From positions 118,730,001 to 118,794,000 of the forward strand of contig OZ024742.1 in assembly GCA_964016885.1 (NCBI GenBank): DNA of 64,000 nt. The letters are read 5' to 3'. This DNA is from Eledone cirrhosa. Taxonomy: Eukaryota. The notes under the pieces are model-generated. The model saw only the letters and a program-made list of their open reading frames with translations. It was not told the DNA's origin and made no database searches. Within the stretch, counting starts at the first letter, position 1; each line of letters opens with the position of its first letter. The translations under genes and the position numbers were made by a program. This document shows, one piece after another, positions 1 through 13,239 of the stretch.

Positions 1-1132
1 AATTAAATTAACTTTTTACATTTATGATTCCCCACCTCCCAAATGAGATTTGATTGTTGCACAAAAAATATTTTAATCTAAATGTCTTTATATTTCTTTA
101 AAGTTTTTAAAACCAACAATGAGAGTGTAGGATGGCTGAATCAACATGATACCGGATGACTAACTGCGGTATTAGCTATGTCTGTCCTGCACCAGAAAGC
201 CAAAAGACCTGCCTTGCAAGCTCTTATATCTCTCTAGCTGCAGCTATGTAGTTTGGATGTTGTTAAGAGGATGTTTTCCAATTTTTTCAAGCTTTCTTGC
301 CCACCACTTCTCAAAGAGGCTCTCTCAACAGTAGCCTTGCTGTTATATTCAAGATCAATTTTATTTCTCTATGCACTAATCTCCTCAGGAGTTTCCTTCA
401 TTCTAACAGCATTTTTTCTGCTTTAAAGAAATCTTAATAACATAGTCATTAAGTGGTAGCATTTCAAAATCATTGGAGAGATATTAAAGTTTAAATAAAA
501 CATGTCAAACATCTTGAATATAATTAAATATTTATTAACAAAAGCATTTCAATGATCTCATTGGTTCTATCCCTCTTTGTGCTTGTATGTCTTATAAATA
601 GTCAATATTTGATTGAATTTTCAATGCCTATATTTGGCATGGCATAACTTCATCCAGGCTATTGCTGCATGTTTCCAACATTGGCTTTATTAGATTGTAA
701 AAGAGGCTTAGAATTAGCGAATGACTAGTAGCAAAAAGTAATACATACTACTATTAACTCAGTGGTGTCTATTTTAAACACTGTAAATTGTGTATATTTA
801 ACGAAATAAGTTCTGGAAATTACCAGTCGTTTTTCATTAAACATTTTTTACAAGGAATAAATATTTTTAGGGAATAGCTTCTTAGACTAAACAAACACAT
901 TAAGCAGTATTTTATTTCATCCCTCTTGGTTTTAAGATCAAATCCCTCAGGGATCAATTTTAATTTTTATCCATCACTGGTACTGTTAATTGCCAGGGAT
1001 GATTCATCCAACTACATTCCTCTCTTCTAAATTAAAATTTGTTAAAAATATTAATATTTTCAAATTTGTTTGAAAGAGATTTTGAAATAAACTGGTTCCT
1101 TTAATAATTTCTGTTTTCTTTCACGCTTGTAG

Positions 1133-1606
1133 GATTGTGGTATGCAACTAACAGATGAACCTGATAAGCGGTGCTATCCATACCAAAATGTATTGCTCTG
1201 CCGAGACTGTCACATAAAACGCCTCAATGACCGCTATCCCGATGAGCAGTTTTGCATTGATCCAGTTACTCAGCTTATTAAAACCATAAATAATGAAAAC
1301 TCTAAAGTGGATTCTCAAGGTGGCTCTCTTGGTGGAACTGTTGGAGACTTTGCTCCTGCCACTATCAGTGTTCTTACAGCTCCACGTATGAATACACCAG
1401 CTGGTTATCGTGGCTCATATTGCAGCAATAGTACTGTAGGAGATGCAAATGGTGCTAACTCCAACACTAATACACACAATTTTAGTTCTGGCCAAGAACA
1501 GTATTTGCTATCTAACAACTATCAATCACCACAAAGACCATATGATCAAAAAGCACCTCTATCTCCTGTAAAATCTTCTATGAAATACCAAATAACAGAA
1601 CTTTGA
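1133..1606 (+). CDS. WTIP: Terminal coding exon of an Ajuba/LIMD1/WTIP-family LIM protein (end of LIM3 plus C-terminal tail)
   Basis: Pyrimidine tract and AG at 1131-1132, then DCGMQLTDEPDKRCYPYQNVLLCRDCHIKRL, matching the family LIM3 end (DCGxQLxDExxxRCYPLxxxLLCxxCH). Ends YQITEL*, like the WTIP VTEL PDZ-binding terminus. The symbol is family-level only. Confidence 0.88.
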   Translation, partial: DCGMQLTDEPDKRCYPYQNVLLCRDCHIKRLNDRYPDEQFCIDPVTQLIKTINNENSKVDSQGGSLGGTVGDFAPATISVLTAPRMNTPAGYRGSYCSNSTVGDANGANSNTNTHNFSSGQEQYLLSNNYQSPQRPYDQKAPLSPVKSSMKYQITEL

Positions 1607-2367
1607 TACTGTTGATATAGTTGATATAATAATATACATAGTGAAATTATGTAAATTTTTTATTTTGGTTCGTTAATTAAAAAAGTAATAATGAAATCTG
1701 GAAAAACATATTCAAGTTTGACAGGAAAATAGCTAAAGCTTGATATGTCATGAGTTTCTTTAAGATAGTCAACCAATTTTATTCTGTTGGAATATCATAG
1801 AAATTTATCCTTTTCATTATTTATTATTTATCAATGCTTATGAATAATTTCTATTGAATATAATTTTATTGACTGCCACCCCAAGATCTGAAGTTTTGAG
1901 AAAGATAATTCTTAAGTATTTTACATAACCATTTGGTTGAAAAAGTTAGAATCTCTCGTTTCCAATCTGGCAAAAAATATTTTTATCCTTTAAGGTTTAA
2001 CTGAAATTAAAGGAATGCCTAGAGGAAATTAGCATATTATTCCACAGATCTGGCATAAGCAAAATCCAAAGACACAGTCTTCAGTAATATGACAGTGCTA
2101 ATAATAATATATGTAAGTTTCATTTTTGATCTTTTGTCAACCATGCATAATTATTCTCCTTTTTAATTTTTTGGGGGTAGATTTTTCAAATCATATTTTT
2201 ACAGGCTGTAAATATTATCTAGTCATTCATTGACATTTTCTAGAGTTTTGCCAGCAGGTCTTTAAATGTATGCATTTAGTTGTAACTAATGATATGAACA
2301 TTTTGAAATGACAATTAAAACTTGTTAAATATATAAATATTTGAAGAGATTTATTAAAAGCAATGTA

Positions 2368-2377
2368 AATAAATAAA
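2368..2377 (+). terminator. Candidate polyadenylation signals for the LIM gene
   Basis: Overlapping AATAAA hexamers about 760 nt after the stop codon; weak evidence in AT-rich DNA. Confidence 0.25.
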
Positions 2378-2910
2378 GGTTGATTTCACTGTTGACAAGA
2401 ATTGGGATTAAAATGTTAGATGTTAAAATATTTTTCAAGGTTATCTTTTTTTATTTGCAAATCTTGTTATCTGATTTAACCATATTAAATTCAAATACTG
2501 ATTTGAATTTTATGAAGAAGTGTAGCAATGCACATGTTCTTTGGTTATTAGTAAAAGCCTTTCAAGTTTACTAAGATAAAACAGTGATCTCACATATATG
2601 GTTACCAAATTCCAAAATGTTTATCATTTCAAGTTATTTGAATGTTTTCTTCCAGATATAGTGTTTCAAGTGAAAGCTTATTTCTATTGTTGACACTTCA
2701 GCTTAAATCCTAACAATTCACTGGAAACATTTTTACATGAAATATATAGTATAGGACCACATCTGACTGCAGTATGTATGTGTGTGATTCTGTTTAGAAT
2801 TGATGGTTCCTAGAATAGGTACTCAATACTCTAGAGTTTCTCCTTTATGATTAGTCATCAGACAATTAACTGTTTAATGACTCTGTAATCATACAGAAAA
2901 AACTCTAGAG

Positions 2911-3220
2911 CAGGGGCGTGCAACAGGTGACCCGCAGGCCATAATCCGGCCCACCAGACCAGTCAGAGTGGCCCGCGATGACCATTTAAAATTTTTAGCT
3001 TGTAGGCTTTAGAATTTTTTTCGTAACCATAATACAATTTTCTGTTAGTTGACCTATACTAAAGGCCTTCACTGATTGGGTTATGCGTGTTATAATTTCC
3101 CAGTTCCATGAAAGAAGTTGTGGTGAATCTTTGGAATAGTGCTTAATTAATATTAATGGCCCTAATAGTCGTTCCAATGTTCAAAAGTGGCCTGCCAATG
3201 GAATATGTTGCACACCCCTG
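2911..3220. mobile_element. Non-autonomous hAT (Charlie-type) MITE, 310 bp
   Basis: 15-bp TIRs CAGGGGCGTGCAACA / TGTTGCACACCCCTG (1 mismatch); perfect 8-bp TSD CTCTAGAG at 2903-2910 and 3221-3228. Confidence 0.92.
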
Positions 3221-3501
3221 CTCTAGAGTAATAAGCCACTGACTCAACCTGAATAAAACTATATATATATTATGCAGGCATATACAATACGTTTATGTAT
3301 AATAAAGTTACAAGAGTTTTGTTATGTGAAAACCATATGCACTCATTATCAACCATGTTAGTGCTGCAGCGCTATTGCTAATATATATATATATGTGTGC
3401 GTGAGTATTTGGGTAAATTACGAAACATTGAGGAATTTTGAAAATTTGTTACTCGCAATATAGACAACTATTATTATTATTATTAGTTGATAACTGAAAA
3501 T

Positions 3502-3664
3502 AATAGTTGAATAAGTCAATTAAAATACCCCAGAAGACAGAATAAAGTGGCAAGAGACACGTGCAGGGATCAAACACTGCATCTCTCATGGTTCAATTCT
3601 TTCAAGTGTCTCTGTCCATCTTTTTCTGTCACTTGGGATATTTTACCCGATTTATTCAACTATT
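3502..3664. repeat. Imperfect inverted repeat, about 60-bp arms
   Basis: AATAGTTGAATAA...AGAGACAC (3502-3560) is the imperfect reverse complement of GTGTCTCT...TTATTCAACTATT (3606-3664). Confidence 0.7.
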
Positions 3665-3864
3665 TATAGTTGTCCACATTTTCAAATATATTTCCATCCC
3701 TTGCTGCCAGGGAAAATGGATACTCAATAATAATGATGTATATAAAATATTTAAATTTGCTCAAAACTAATAAAAATATTGAGAACTAGACACAAAAAAT
3801 ACATAATGGTATATATAAAATGTTTGATAAATTTACCCAAAACTAATGAAAACAATGTGAACTA

Positions 3865-5123
3865 CAAGGGTGAATTGAAAAGTTCATAGGCTGACTATGA
3901 AAGAATGATGCTAGAGCTGTGAAATTTTGCATGTATTAATTTCAACTCATATTAATAAGTGCATTATTCTTTTCCAGGTAAACTGACATTTGACTGTTTA
4001 AAGAAGACTTCAACGGTAACTGGTCGCGACTTCTCTTGAAAATGGACAAAATTTGGCATCATTGTGTTATCAGTACTTGTAGAAAAGGGGTTTAGCCTCC
4101 CCACTTCCCCCAGGACATTCATGCTGACATGGTTGCTACATTAGGGGATGATGCTCTAGCTTTATCAACAGTGTAAAAGTGGGCACCTGAATTTAGGAGG
4201 GGAAATGACCCAAGGTTTAGATGTCCTACAACTGCTACCACCAAGGAAGATATTGATCATGTTCATCCTTTGGTGATAGATGACAGGCAATTGGCTATGT
4301 ATCAAATAGCTAATGCTATTAGTATATCCCATGAAAGAGTTGAGAATATTCTGCTCAAAGAACATGGCATGATGAAGGTTTATGTTCGGTGGGTGCCATG
4401 TCTTTTGATAACTGATCAAAAGAGCACCAGGCTGATCACATCATGAGAAAACCTGACATTGTTTGAGACAGATCCAGCTGGTTTCCTTGAATGTTTCCTA
4501 ACCCAGGACCAAGTGTTGGGTTCATCACTTTCAGCCAGAGACAGTCCATGCAGTGAAAACACTCCTCCTCACTTGCTCCAAAGAAGGCCATGGTTGTTTC
4601 ATCTGCAGGGAAGGTAATGGCCTGAGTTTTGGGGGCATGACAAGCATAATGTTTATTGACTATCTTCAAAGGGTCCACACCATCTATGGAGAGTACTATG
4701 CCAACTGGCTGAGGCAGTTACAAAAGGCTATCAAGACCAAACACCCAGGAAAACTGATGAAAGGGGGGGTCTTGTTTCATCGGGACAATGCTCCAACACA
4801 CAAGTCCTTAGTTTTGAATGGCTATTGTGCGTGACTGTGACATTGAACTGGTTGATGACCCTCCCTGTTCTCTTGATTTGGCTCCGTCTGACTTTCATCC
4901 GTTCTCCAACATGAAAAATCACTTCGTTCGGAAGCAGTATTGTAGTGATGATGACATCATATCTGCTGTTGATGACGTTTTTTACCAACAGGATGAAAGC
5001 TTCTTCACCAATGGGATCTAAGGACTGTAACACTGACGGAAGAAGTGTGTGGACCACAAAGGGGACTATTTTGAAAAATAAACCTTGAGAGTATCTTGGT
5101 TAACCTATGAACTTTTCAGCCAT
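3865..5123 (+). mobile_element. Near full-length degenerate mariner (DD34D) transposon
   Basis: TA at the left end; TIR core GAAAAGTTCATAGG / CCTATGAACTTTTC. Frameshifted transposase ~4042-5081 with WVPCLL, HRDNAPTH and PPCSLDLAPSDFHPF motifs. Confidence 0.9.
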
Positions 5124-5500
5124 ATACACAACAATACATTATGTGGTAATTCTTTAGATATGTAATGGTCGTCATGCTCATCTCATGTGTATGTATATTT
5201 AAAGGAAGGGAATTAGAAATCAAAATGAGAGAGATTAGTCATATTTTTATTGGCCTTCAAAATATATGGTAAATTGTAAATTTGTATATAAAATAAAAGG
5301 TAATTGGCTTGAGAAAGAGTGCAACACTCAGGCAGGTTAGATCAATGCAGTGGATATTCAGCTTAAATGTATGTAGGTTGATGTCTGCTGGAAAAATATT
5401 GGTGGGAAGTAGTGATTTTATAGCGTTTAGTGTTAGACATGAGGTGAGACACAGTTAGGATGATGGGATGAGGAAAGTTGTGTAGATTGAGTGGAAGATG

Positions 5501-5845
5501 TCATCATCATCATCATCATTTCATTTTACGTCCGCTTTTTCCCTGCTTGCAAGGGTGGGACGGGAACTGATTCTGGCTTGATTTCTACAGCTGGATGCCC
5601 TTCCTAACACCAACCTCATTTACAGTGAGTGCTGGGTGCTTTTTTGCCGTGGCACCTCCACGACCACTTTGCAGTGGAATGATATGGACCCCAGACCCTA
5701 TCATCTCATTTCTACAGCTGAGTAAACTGGAGCAATGTGAAATGAAGTGTCTTGCTCAAGGAAACAACACATCACCCGGTCTGAGAATTGAACTCACAAC
5801 CTTTCGATTGCAAGGCCAATGCTCTAACCACTAAGCCATGTGCCT
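5501..5845 (-). mobile_element. tRNA-derived SINE with RTE-LINE-derived 3' tail
   Basis: The minus strand starts GGCACATGGCTTAGTGGTTAGAGC (A box), has GAGTTCAATTC (B box-like) and ends CCCACCCTTGCAAGCAGGGAAAAAGCGGACGTAAAATG...(ATG)n. Near-identical copy at 26797-27106. Confidence 0.85.
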
Positions 5846-5947
5846 CCATGTATGCAACTTAATGTTTCAGAGATTCTTATAGTAAAGATTATGGAATTGA
5901 ACACAAGAATCAGCTGTTAGAGACCAACTTATTTAACAACCAAACCT

Positions 5948-6499
5948 ACTGACATCTCAAACTCAGTTCTCCAGACATACTGACATCTCTAGCTCAGTTC
6001 TCCAGACACACTGATGTCTCTAGCTCAGTTCTCCAAACATACTGACATCTCTAGCTCAGTTCTCCAGACACACTGACATCTCTAGCTCAGTTCTCCAGAC
6101 ATACTGACGTCTCTAGCTCAGTTCTCCAGACATACTGAGCCATTTACACTGACGTCCCTAGCTCAGTTCTCCAGACATACTGAGCCATTTACACTGACGT
6201 CTCTAGCTCAGTTCTCCAGACATACTGAGCCAGTTACACTGACGTCTCTAGCTCAGTTCTCCAGACATACTGAGCCAGTTACACTGACGTCTCTAGCTCA
6301 GTTCTCCAGACATACTGAGCCAGTTACACTGACGTCTCTAGCTCAGTTCTCCAGACATACTGAGCCAGTTACACTGACGTCTCTAGTTCAGTTCTCCAGA
6401 CATACTGAGCCAGTTACACTGACATCTCTAGCTCAGTTCTCCAGACATACTGAGCCAGTTACACTGACGTCTCTAGCTCAGTTCTCCAGACATACCGAC
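5948..6499. repeat. Minisatellite: five 31-bp units, then eight 45-bp units and a final short unit
   Basis: Unit ACTGAC(A/G)TCTCTAGCTCAGTTCTCCAGACAT; from 6103 each unit gains ACTGAGCCA(G/T)TTAC. Confidence 0.95.
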
Positions 6500-7575
6500 A
6501 AGGCTACATTGGTATTACTTATTCAGTTCTTCATTTTCTGCAACCCTGATTGTTTTTTGCTTTTTTTCTTAACTTGTAATGTATCAACTATTATGATTTA
6601 ATAAAACAAAGTAATCAAAGTTTAGAAATGTACACTATAATTGTAAGTATTTTATCTCAAGTTACCTGTAGACTATTCTCATTATAGAAATATTTACTGC
6701 TAAACTCTGCTATCATTACTTAAACAGCATAAAATAAGTTGTCAGTTTGAAATAGTTACTGATAGTTAGAAGTATTTCAAATATTTGAGTGATGATAGGG
6801 CTTCAACATTTGAATTTGTTTTATACAAATTATTTAATCACTTTTTTCTCAAGTACATTTATATTTCACTATACTACATAGTTTCATTGGTTATTCTTTA
6901 TTTCATCATATATTTTTAGATTAACTTCATCAACTTTCACTATCAAACCACCCTTGGTTCTATGATACTAAGTTGTTTATTTTACAGTGTTTATATTTCT
7001 TTAAAATCCTTTCATCATAATTTTGTACAAGAACCTCTGTTAAGTTATATTCTGAACACCAGCTAAATAATGAGACAATTCTTGATTACTTTAAAAATGA
7101 TTTGAAAATCATAAGCAATGTCTTTCATTAGAAATATGGTAATGAAAGGGTTATGGTAGTTTCTGATACCATTTTGTCTTCTTCAATGACATGACAATCA
7201 TATTAAGCTATATAAAATAATTTGCTACTCAATGCCCTTTATTCAAATAATTTAGATCTTCCAAATTTCTTGAAATTAATCTAATCAGTTCTATAAATTT
7301 TCAGATGCAGTAACTCCTAATGATCCATTATAGTAATAGTCAAACAATATTTATTTTCTTGAAAAAGAATTGTATTCACTTCACTGTTTACATAAGGTAC
7401 CTAATGTAAGCAATTCTTTGTGTGTGTCTGTGTGAATATATATGTATATATATATATATATTGTATTGGTTAATAAATGTTATTTTGTAGAGATAATCTA
7501 AATGCCAGTATTTAAAACAACTAGTGTTTTATTGCTATCATTGTATTATCAATTTTGTGTGTGTTTGTGTGTATA

Positions 7576-7952
7576 TCATTATCATCATCTTCGTTTAACG
7601 TCCATTTTCCACGCTAACGGATATTGTCGTCGTAGACCCCTTCAGTCACTAATGACCATGGTTTTGCACCTAGAAAGTTCCCCTCCGAGGCACAAGCCTG
7701 GGCAAGGTGTGTTTGTGGAAAACCAGCAGTTGACTATGCATGACAGTCTTCCCTCTTCACGCAACTGATGTTGTCCAAGGGAAAGGCAATGGCCAATACA
7801 GCTTGGCACCAGTGACGTACGTCTCAACTCATTTCTACAGCTGAGTAAACTGGAGCAATGTGAAATAGTGTTTTGCTCAATAACACAATGCACTACCCAG
7901 TCCAGGATTTGAACTCACAACCTTACGATTGTGAGCTCTAACCACTAAGCCA
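7576..7952 (-). mobile_element. tRNA-derived SINE (longer subfamily)
   Basis: Same tRNA-like head and core as 5501-5845, plus a GCACCTAGAAAGTT...CACAAG block shared with 34249-34825, 47545-47833 and 60775-61068. Confidence 0.8.
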
Positions 7953-7964
7953 TATATATAATGT

Positions 7965-8218
7965 GTGATAGGAAGGGCATCCAGTCGTAGAAATCTTGCC
8001 AAACAAAAGGGTCAGGAGGACCCTCAGTTATGTCAAAGACATGACAACCTCTCCTGTGCATTCGGTGGAGCATCGATCGTACGTAAAGCGAGACAAAGAT
8101 CCCTGGCCTGTCTGGGAGATCAGTGGCTCTGCTTCAGTACTGACTTATATGTAGACCTGTCCAATCCCTGCTAGCAGGGAAAGCAGATGTTAAAATGACG
8201 ATGATGATGATGATGATG
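7965..8218 (+). mobile_element. SINE 3' part with RTE-type tail
   Basis: AGGAAGGGCATCCAG motif; ends CCCTGCTAGCAGGGAAAGCAGATGTTAAAATGACGATGATG. Confidence 0.7.
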
Positions 8219-8427
8219 TTATGACTGATTTCTATTTTTAAAGTCATTCATACAAAATGCCAAAGGAATCTATTCCCAATAATTTTGCAAGTAATATGTC
8301 CTTGATATAAGTGTTTTCTAATGTATTTAGTTTTTGTGTTATGGTACAGAATATTTTAGTTTCTGTTCTAAATAAAGCATGAGTTCAACCAAATTTAGAA
8401 TGTTGCTATTATTTGAGGAACTTTGAG

Positions 8428-8626
8428 GCCAGTAGATTGGCATAGTTGTTATAGTATTGGCTAGATAATTAGCAGTATTTGTTCCAGCTCTTTACAATCT
8501 GAATTGAAATCCTGCCAAAATCAACTTTGCCTTGATAAAATAAAGTACCAGTCATGAACTGGTGTCAATTTAATAAACTTTCCCCTCCAAAATTACAGGC
8601 TTTATGTCTAAAATAAAAACCATTAT
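8428..8626 (+). mobile_element. Degenerate Nin/Deu-domain-type SINE
   Basis: CAACTTTGCC...GATAAAATAAAGTACCAG core shared with 44129-44345, 54286-54469 and other copies. Confidence 0.6.
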
Positions 8627-10836
8627 TTGGAAAAAGTTCAAGTGGAATGTCTATAAAGCAGACTTTATTCCTGTAATCTGTCAGATTTAATTTTAGATGG
8701 AAGCTGACTACATGTAACTCTATTCTTCCCTCAGACATGATATTATGTTGCATATTTCAGTTTTTTCTTCTGGAACTCTTTTTTAAAGTTCTCTACAATC
8801 AACCTTTAAGAATGAAGACACAAGTGTTTTAATGGTATTCTCCTTGCTATAGCAAGGGTTAGCCATGTGAGTCCCATGAATGGCTTCATATTCCTCATGG
8901 GGTCCTTTTTGAAGCAGTGTTTTATGGTCAGATGCCCTTTTTGATGCCAACACAATTAATCATCTATTACAAACTGGGGTACAGTGTACCTAGTCTAAAC
9001 TTGATACACACTTTTAAGAATTAAAGGAAAAAAATATGTACACATACATACATCATTTTTGCCTGTATTCTATAGTTCACACAATTATTCTCTTTGGAGA
9101 AAAATCTTATGTGTGTCATCCTCATCGTTATTACATACGCTGTGCCGTGCTTTCACATGTGTGATAAAAGCTATGAGAAGTAGAGACAGAGGAGAAAAAA
9201 GGAACAATATATATTAGGACTTTAAAGATAATGAGTTGATATCAACTTAATATAGCTTAATTTATATACTTTTCAAAAAGCTTGCATGCTTTATGAATAA
9301 TCCTTTTTATATTATGTTTTATTTTTAAAGAAAATACATTTTTTTTTAATCAGTAAGAAATTTTTTTACGTTTTAATTTATTTTAGCATCATTCTTCAAT
9401 GAAACATTTTATAAAATTGATTCACAAATCTTGCCAATTCACACAACTGGATCTGATTTCAATACACAAACTGTTAAATATTTTAGTGAAATTGAATTAG
9501 TTTCCTATATATTTAGTTGTTCTATATCAGTTCTTTGTCATAAATGCTTGTATGAAGTTCTGTTTGATATTTAAATTTTAAGACCCTCAAGATATTTTCA
9601 GGAATCCTCATCTATATTTAATTTTGTTTTTTATCAAATAACTTTTATTAACCAGTTAAAATCTCAGTGTTTGTCTTTCTACATATTTTGCACTCATATG
9701 TAAATGACAGAATAACTTCATAACACCAGTGTTGAAATTAAGATTACTGAAAGATAAAATGTGTTGAGAGAAATGACATGAATTAATGCTCTCCTTTTTT
9801 ATTTTCCTGTTAACTACAATTAAATAAATATTCTTACTATTGTATTATGAAGAAAAATTCAAATACAGAAATATTTCAGTTTATGTATGAATAGTTTTAC
9901 TTTTTTTTTTCCTCTGTGATGGAAGAAGTTTGAAAATGTAACACTTTCAAATATTCTTAAGATGTATATATAATTTTGTATCTGTTCATATTGCTATTAC
10001 TAAATTTTTCATCTTATATTCTTAATTGTTATTTAATATGTTCACACTGGACAAAAATGTATTCTCTGAACCTTTTCCTTATTTGCTAACAGTTTTGATT
10101 TTGCAAATAGTCAGTAGACTATCATTTTTTTAAACATGTTTTCGTAAAAGATAAACTGTTGTAAAACCTTCGTCAGAGAAGATTCAGTTCTGGTTGTTTA
10201 TTTTTAAAAAATTAATTACAAAATCTTTAATTAAAACAAATTACAAGATCAACAGTAACTTTGCAGTATTGAACTCATATATTGTTTCAAAATTGTTCCT
10301 TGAGTAACTTACACCTCTGCTGGATCAGGTATGATCTGAGGCTACACCATAATGTAATTTTTGTTTTGACTAAACTGTATAAAACTATATTATAAACCAT
10401 TTTATACTGATTAAGTTGTTATAAGAGCTATGAGTCTAATGTTTAGTCTTATTGGTACCAAATTTATTCCTTCTTAAAAGCAGATTAACCAATCTTTTTA
10501 TCTGATACTTTATTACACAGTTTTTTCTTTATTTTAAAATTATATATTACACCTTAAATATATTATATAAATTGTATTTCAATTCTATTTTTACACAAAA
10601 TTATGATAAGACTTATTTGTATATTTCTATTTGTTTCATATATCCAAACTTGATTTACCTCTGGTACATTTCTATCTAAGAAGCACACATATACAAGAGA
10701 TTTGTATGTTTAAATACACAAGCGTAATAGAGTAAAAAGTAATATTGTGTTGAAGGTAGTTAAAACTGGAATTATTTATTCACATCATATTAAGCACTGT
10801 TTATTACAGATGTGTTTACAGCTTCAGATTTATTAA

Positions 10837-11053
10837 CCCTTTAGCATTTACATTACTCTATATTTGTTATTATATTTTCGTAGTAAAGGCTTTATAGCAC
10901 ATAATTATCTCACATAATATTGAATCTACAAGATTTTGATATTATTTTGAGAATAATACCTTAACATCAATATGAGTGGCCAGTTACAGCTGGTTTGAAC
11001 AGAAAGAGGCGAGATAATTCTGGCCAGATACAGCCTGTTTATATGCTAAAGGG
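10837..11053. mobile_element. piggyBac-type MITE, 217 bp
   Basis: TTAA on both sides (10833-10836, 11054-11057); perfect 11-bp TIR CCCTTTAGCAT / ATGCTAAAGGG. Confidence 0.8.
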
Positions 11054-11794
11054 TTAAAGTAGTCATTGTGTTCTTTAATTTATAAAGACTCGTGTTCATT
11101 TGGTTCTGTTGTCTATCTGCAACTGGTTTGTGACTATCATTCATCAACCTTGACTGTTTTTATAAATTGAAGAGTTTGAACCCTGTCTCCAACTCAATTT
11201 TCCTTAAATACATGGTTTTTGGGGCTAGACAAGAAAGTAGATTATGTAGTGAATTGATTGTAATTTATTACTGGTACTTTATGGAGAGGAAAGCTAAAGT
11301 TGACAATGTCAGGGCTGAAACTTAATATTGTAAAACATTTAGTTTGGTCTATCGCTATCAAAGCCATATCCACTCAGTTATACATATATACAAACATTAG
11401 TTTTTGTTTTTACAAAGCTATTTTTATCTTAACTTATAAAACAAGTGGTATGTTCCCAGCAAGCTGAGCCTATGACAAACCTTGAAGCTATTTTAATTCA
11501 CTTATGTTACTAATTTCCTTAGGAGACACAGAAACATTACAAATACATTTTTCTTTGATATCTCCCAAAAAGAAAACCAATAATGAATGCTATTTTTATT
11601 TAGATCGAAGGCAGAACACAGCTTTTATCAACTAGACAGTCTTTAACTAAACATTGCTTCTCATTCCATGCTACAGTAAGAAATAAAAAAAGAAACAATC
11701 TGCTAACTGAATAAGTTTAAAGGAAAATTCTTATAATTTAAGATACCCATGTTAATAACAGTTGTAAACATAGTTATGTATGTATGTATGTATG

Positions 11795-11826
<32 letters not shown>

Positions 11827-13239
11827 GATATATGAATTGTGTTTTTATTTTGTACAATAGCTAGGTTTCCAATCTTTATAGAATTTATCCTTCTGTGCAA
11901 GGATTTCAATATTTATAGCTAATAATGAGTGTTTGATAGGTAGAAATAGTAAAACATTTGACTAAATTATTTTTTAATGTTTGATTTATAGCTTCCTGAA
12001 GTTCAAAATTAGGTTGAGTGACTTTGCAGTTCATCTCCTCGGGGTCAATAAAATAAAATACAGGAAATAATTCGATCAGTTTTACTTATCAAAAATTGAT
12101 GTGGAACTTGGTATGAAAAAAGAAACGTTCATTTAATCACAGTAATTTTCTTATTATAATATCTAATCATTTGATGATTATCCAAATTTAAGTATAGCAC
12201 ATCTAGCACCTTTTGTTATTAAAATGAACCCCTGTTGGGTCATTGAGTTGCTTCTGAAGACATTATCTTCATGTAGTGTGTCAATGGCAAGTAGACATCT
12301 CTCTGCAAACCAGTTATTGGTCAGAAATCACAGGTATAAGAGATAAGGAAGTGAAATGACTTCCAGTTGGAATCAGATTACGTTAAGACGTTTACCATCA
12401 GTCTACAGTGTTCGTCGTTTACCATAAATCTACAGTGTTTGACCAGTTTATGAATGAATAATTTTACTGCTTTATTTCAAATCTCGTGAAAGGCTTTTTG
12501 GTCTTCACAAATTTTTGAAAGCTGGCTCTTTTCTTGATTATTTTTTCTTTCTCTTTCTCTAATTAGAAACTATTAAACAATAACCAAGAAGGATTATATT
12601 AGCTATGGTTATTGCTAATTAAAAGCTATTCTTAATTGTATAAATCTGTATTTCACACAAGTTTCAACACTATTATGTATGCTTTCAATGGTGTATGGCA
12701 ATGTATAAGCAGTAAACACTGAAACCATTTTATTCCTGTGAGAAAACTGTAGTTTTTTCTTTTCTTTCTTTTTGATGCTGTTATGCAAATATTTCAAATG
12801 TATACGTTTTAAAACAGAAAATAAACTTGCAAATTTATTTTTTCTAAAACATACATTTTTCACTTTTACATTATTTCACTTGGTGGTGGCAGAAGGATTG
12901 ATGAGTGACAAAATTAGAATGTTTAAAGTTACTGAAATACTAGAATCATTGGAATGTGTTGACATGTGCAATTGTTTAAATTATTATTCCCTTGATACAC
13001 ATATTTTTCTCTTACTGGATGTAAGTATATGGAAACAGTTGTCATCATCATCATCATTTTACATCTTTTCCATGCTGGCATGGGTTGGACTGGTCTTGTG
13101 TTATCTCTGTGAGCTTCAGCAATTTGAGATTTCTTAGCACAATAATGATCGAAACTACGATCTCAGATGCTAGTAATAATTTCTCTTTGAAAATTTGAGT
13201 TTAGAGACTCCCAAAACATTCTCCAATGAGGACATGTCT

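Noticed and set aside
5300-5340. GAGTG-CAA-CACTC hairpin resembling a hammerhead stem II
   Set aside because: Both flanking core segments are non-canonical; too decayed to call.
5770-5845. tRNA gene (also near 7900, 34760, 47770 and 60780)
   Set aside because: A/B boxes are present but there is no proper cloverleaf, and each is fused to a SINE body.
5948-6499. CRISPR-like array
   Set aside because: Units are contiguous with no unique spacers, there are no cas genes, and the context is eukaryotic.
10128-10180. Possible minus-strand hammerhead (CTGACGA...GAAAACATGTT)
   Set aside because: Stems I and II do not pair convincingly.
12210-12420. Possible minus-strand exon
   Set aside because: Short open frame with no recognisable protein or convincing splice pair.
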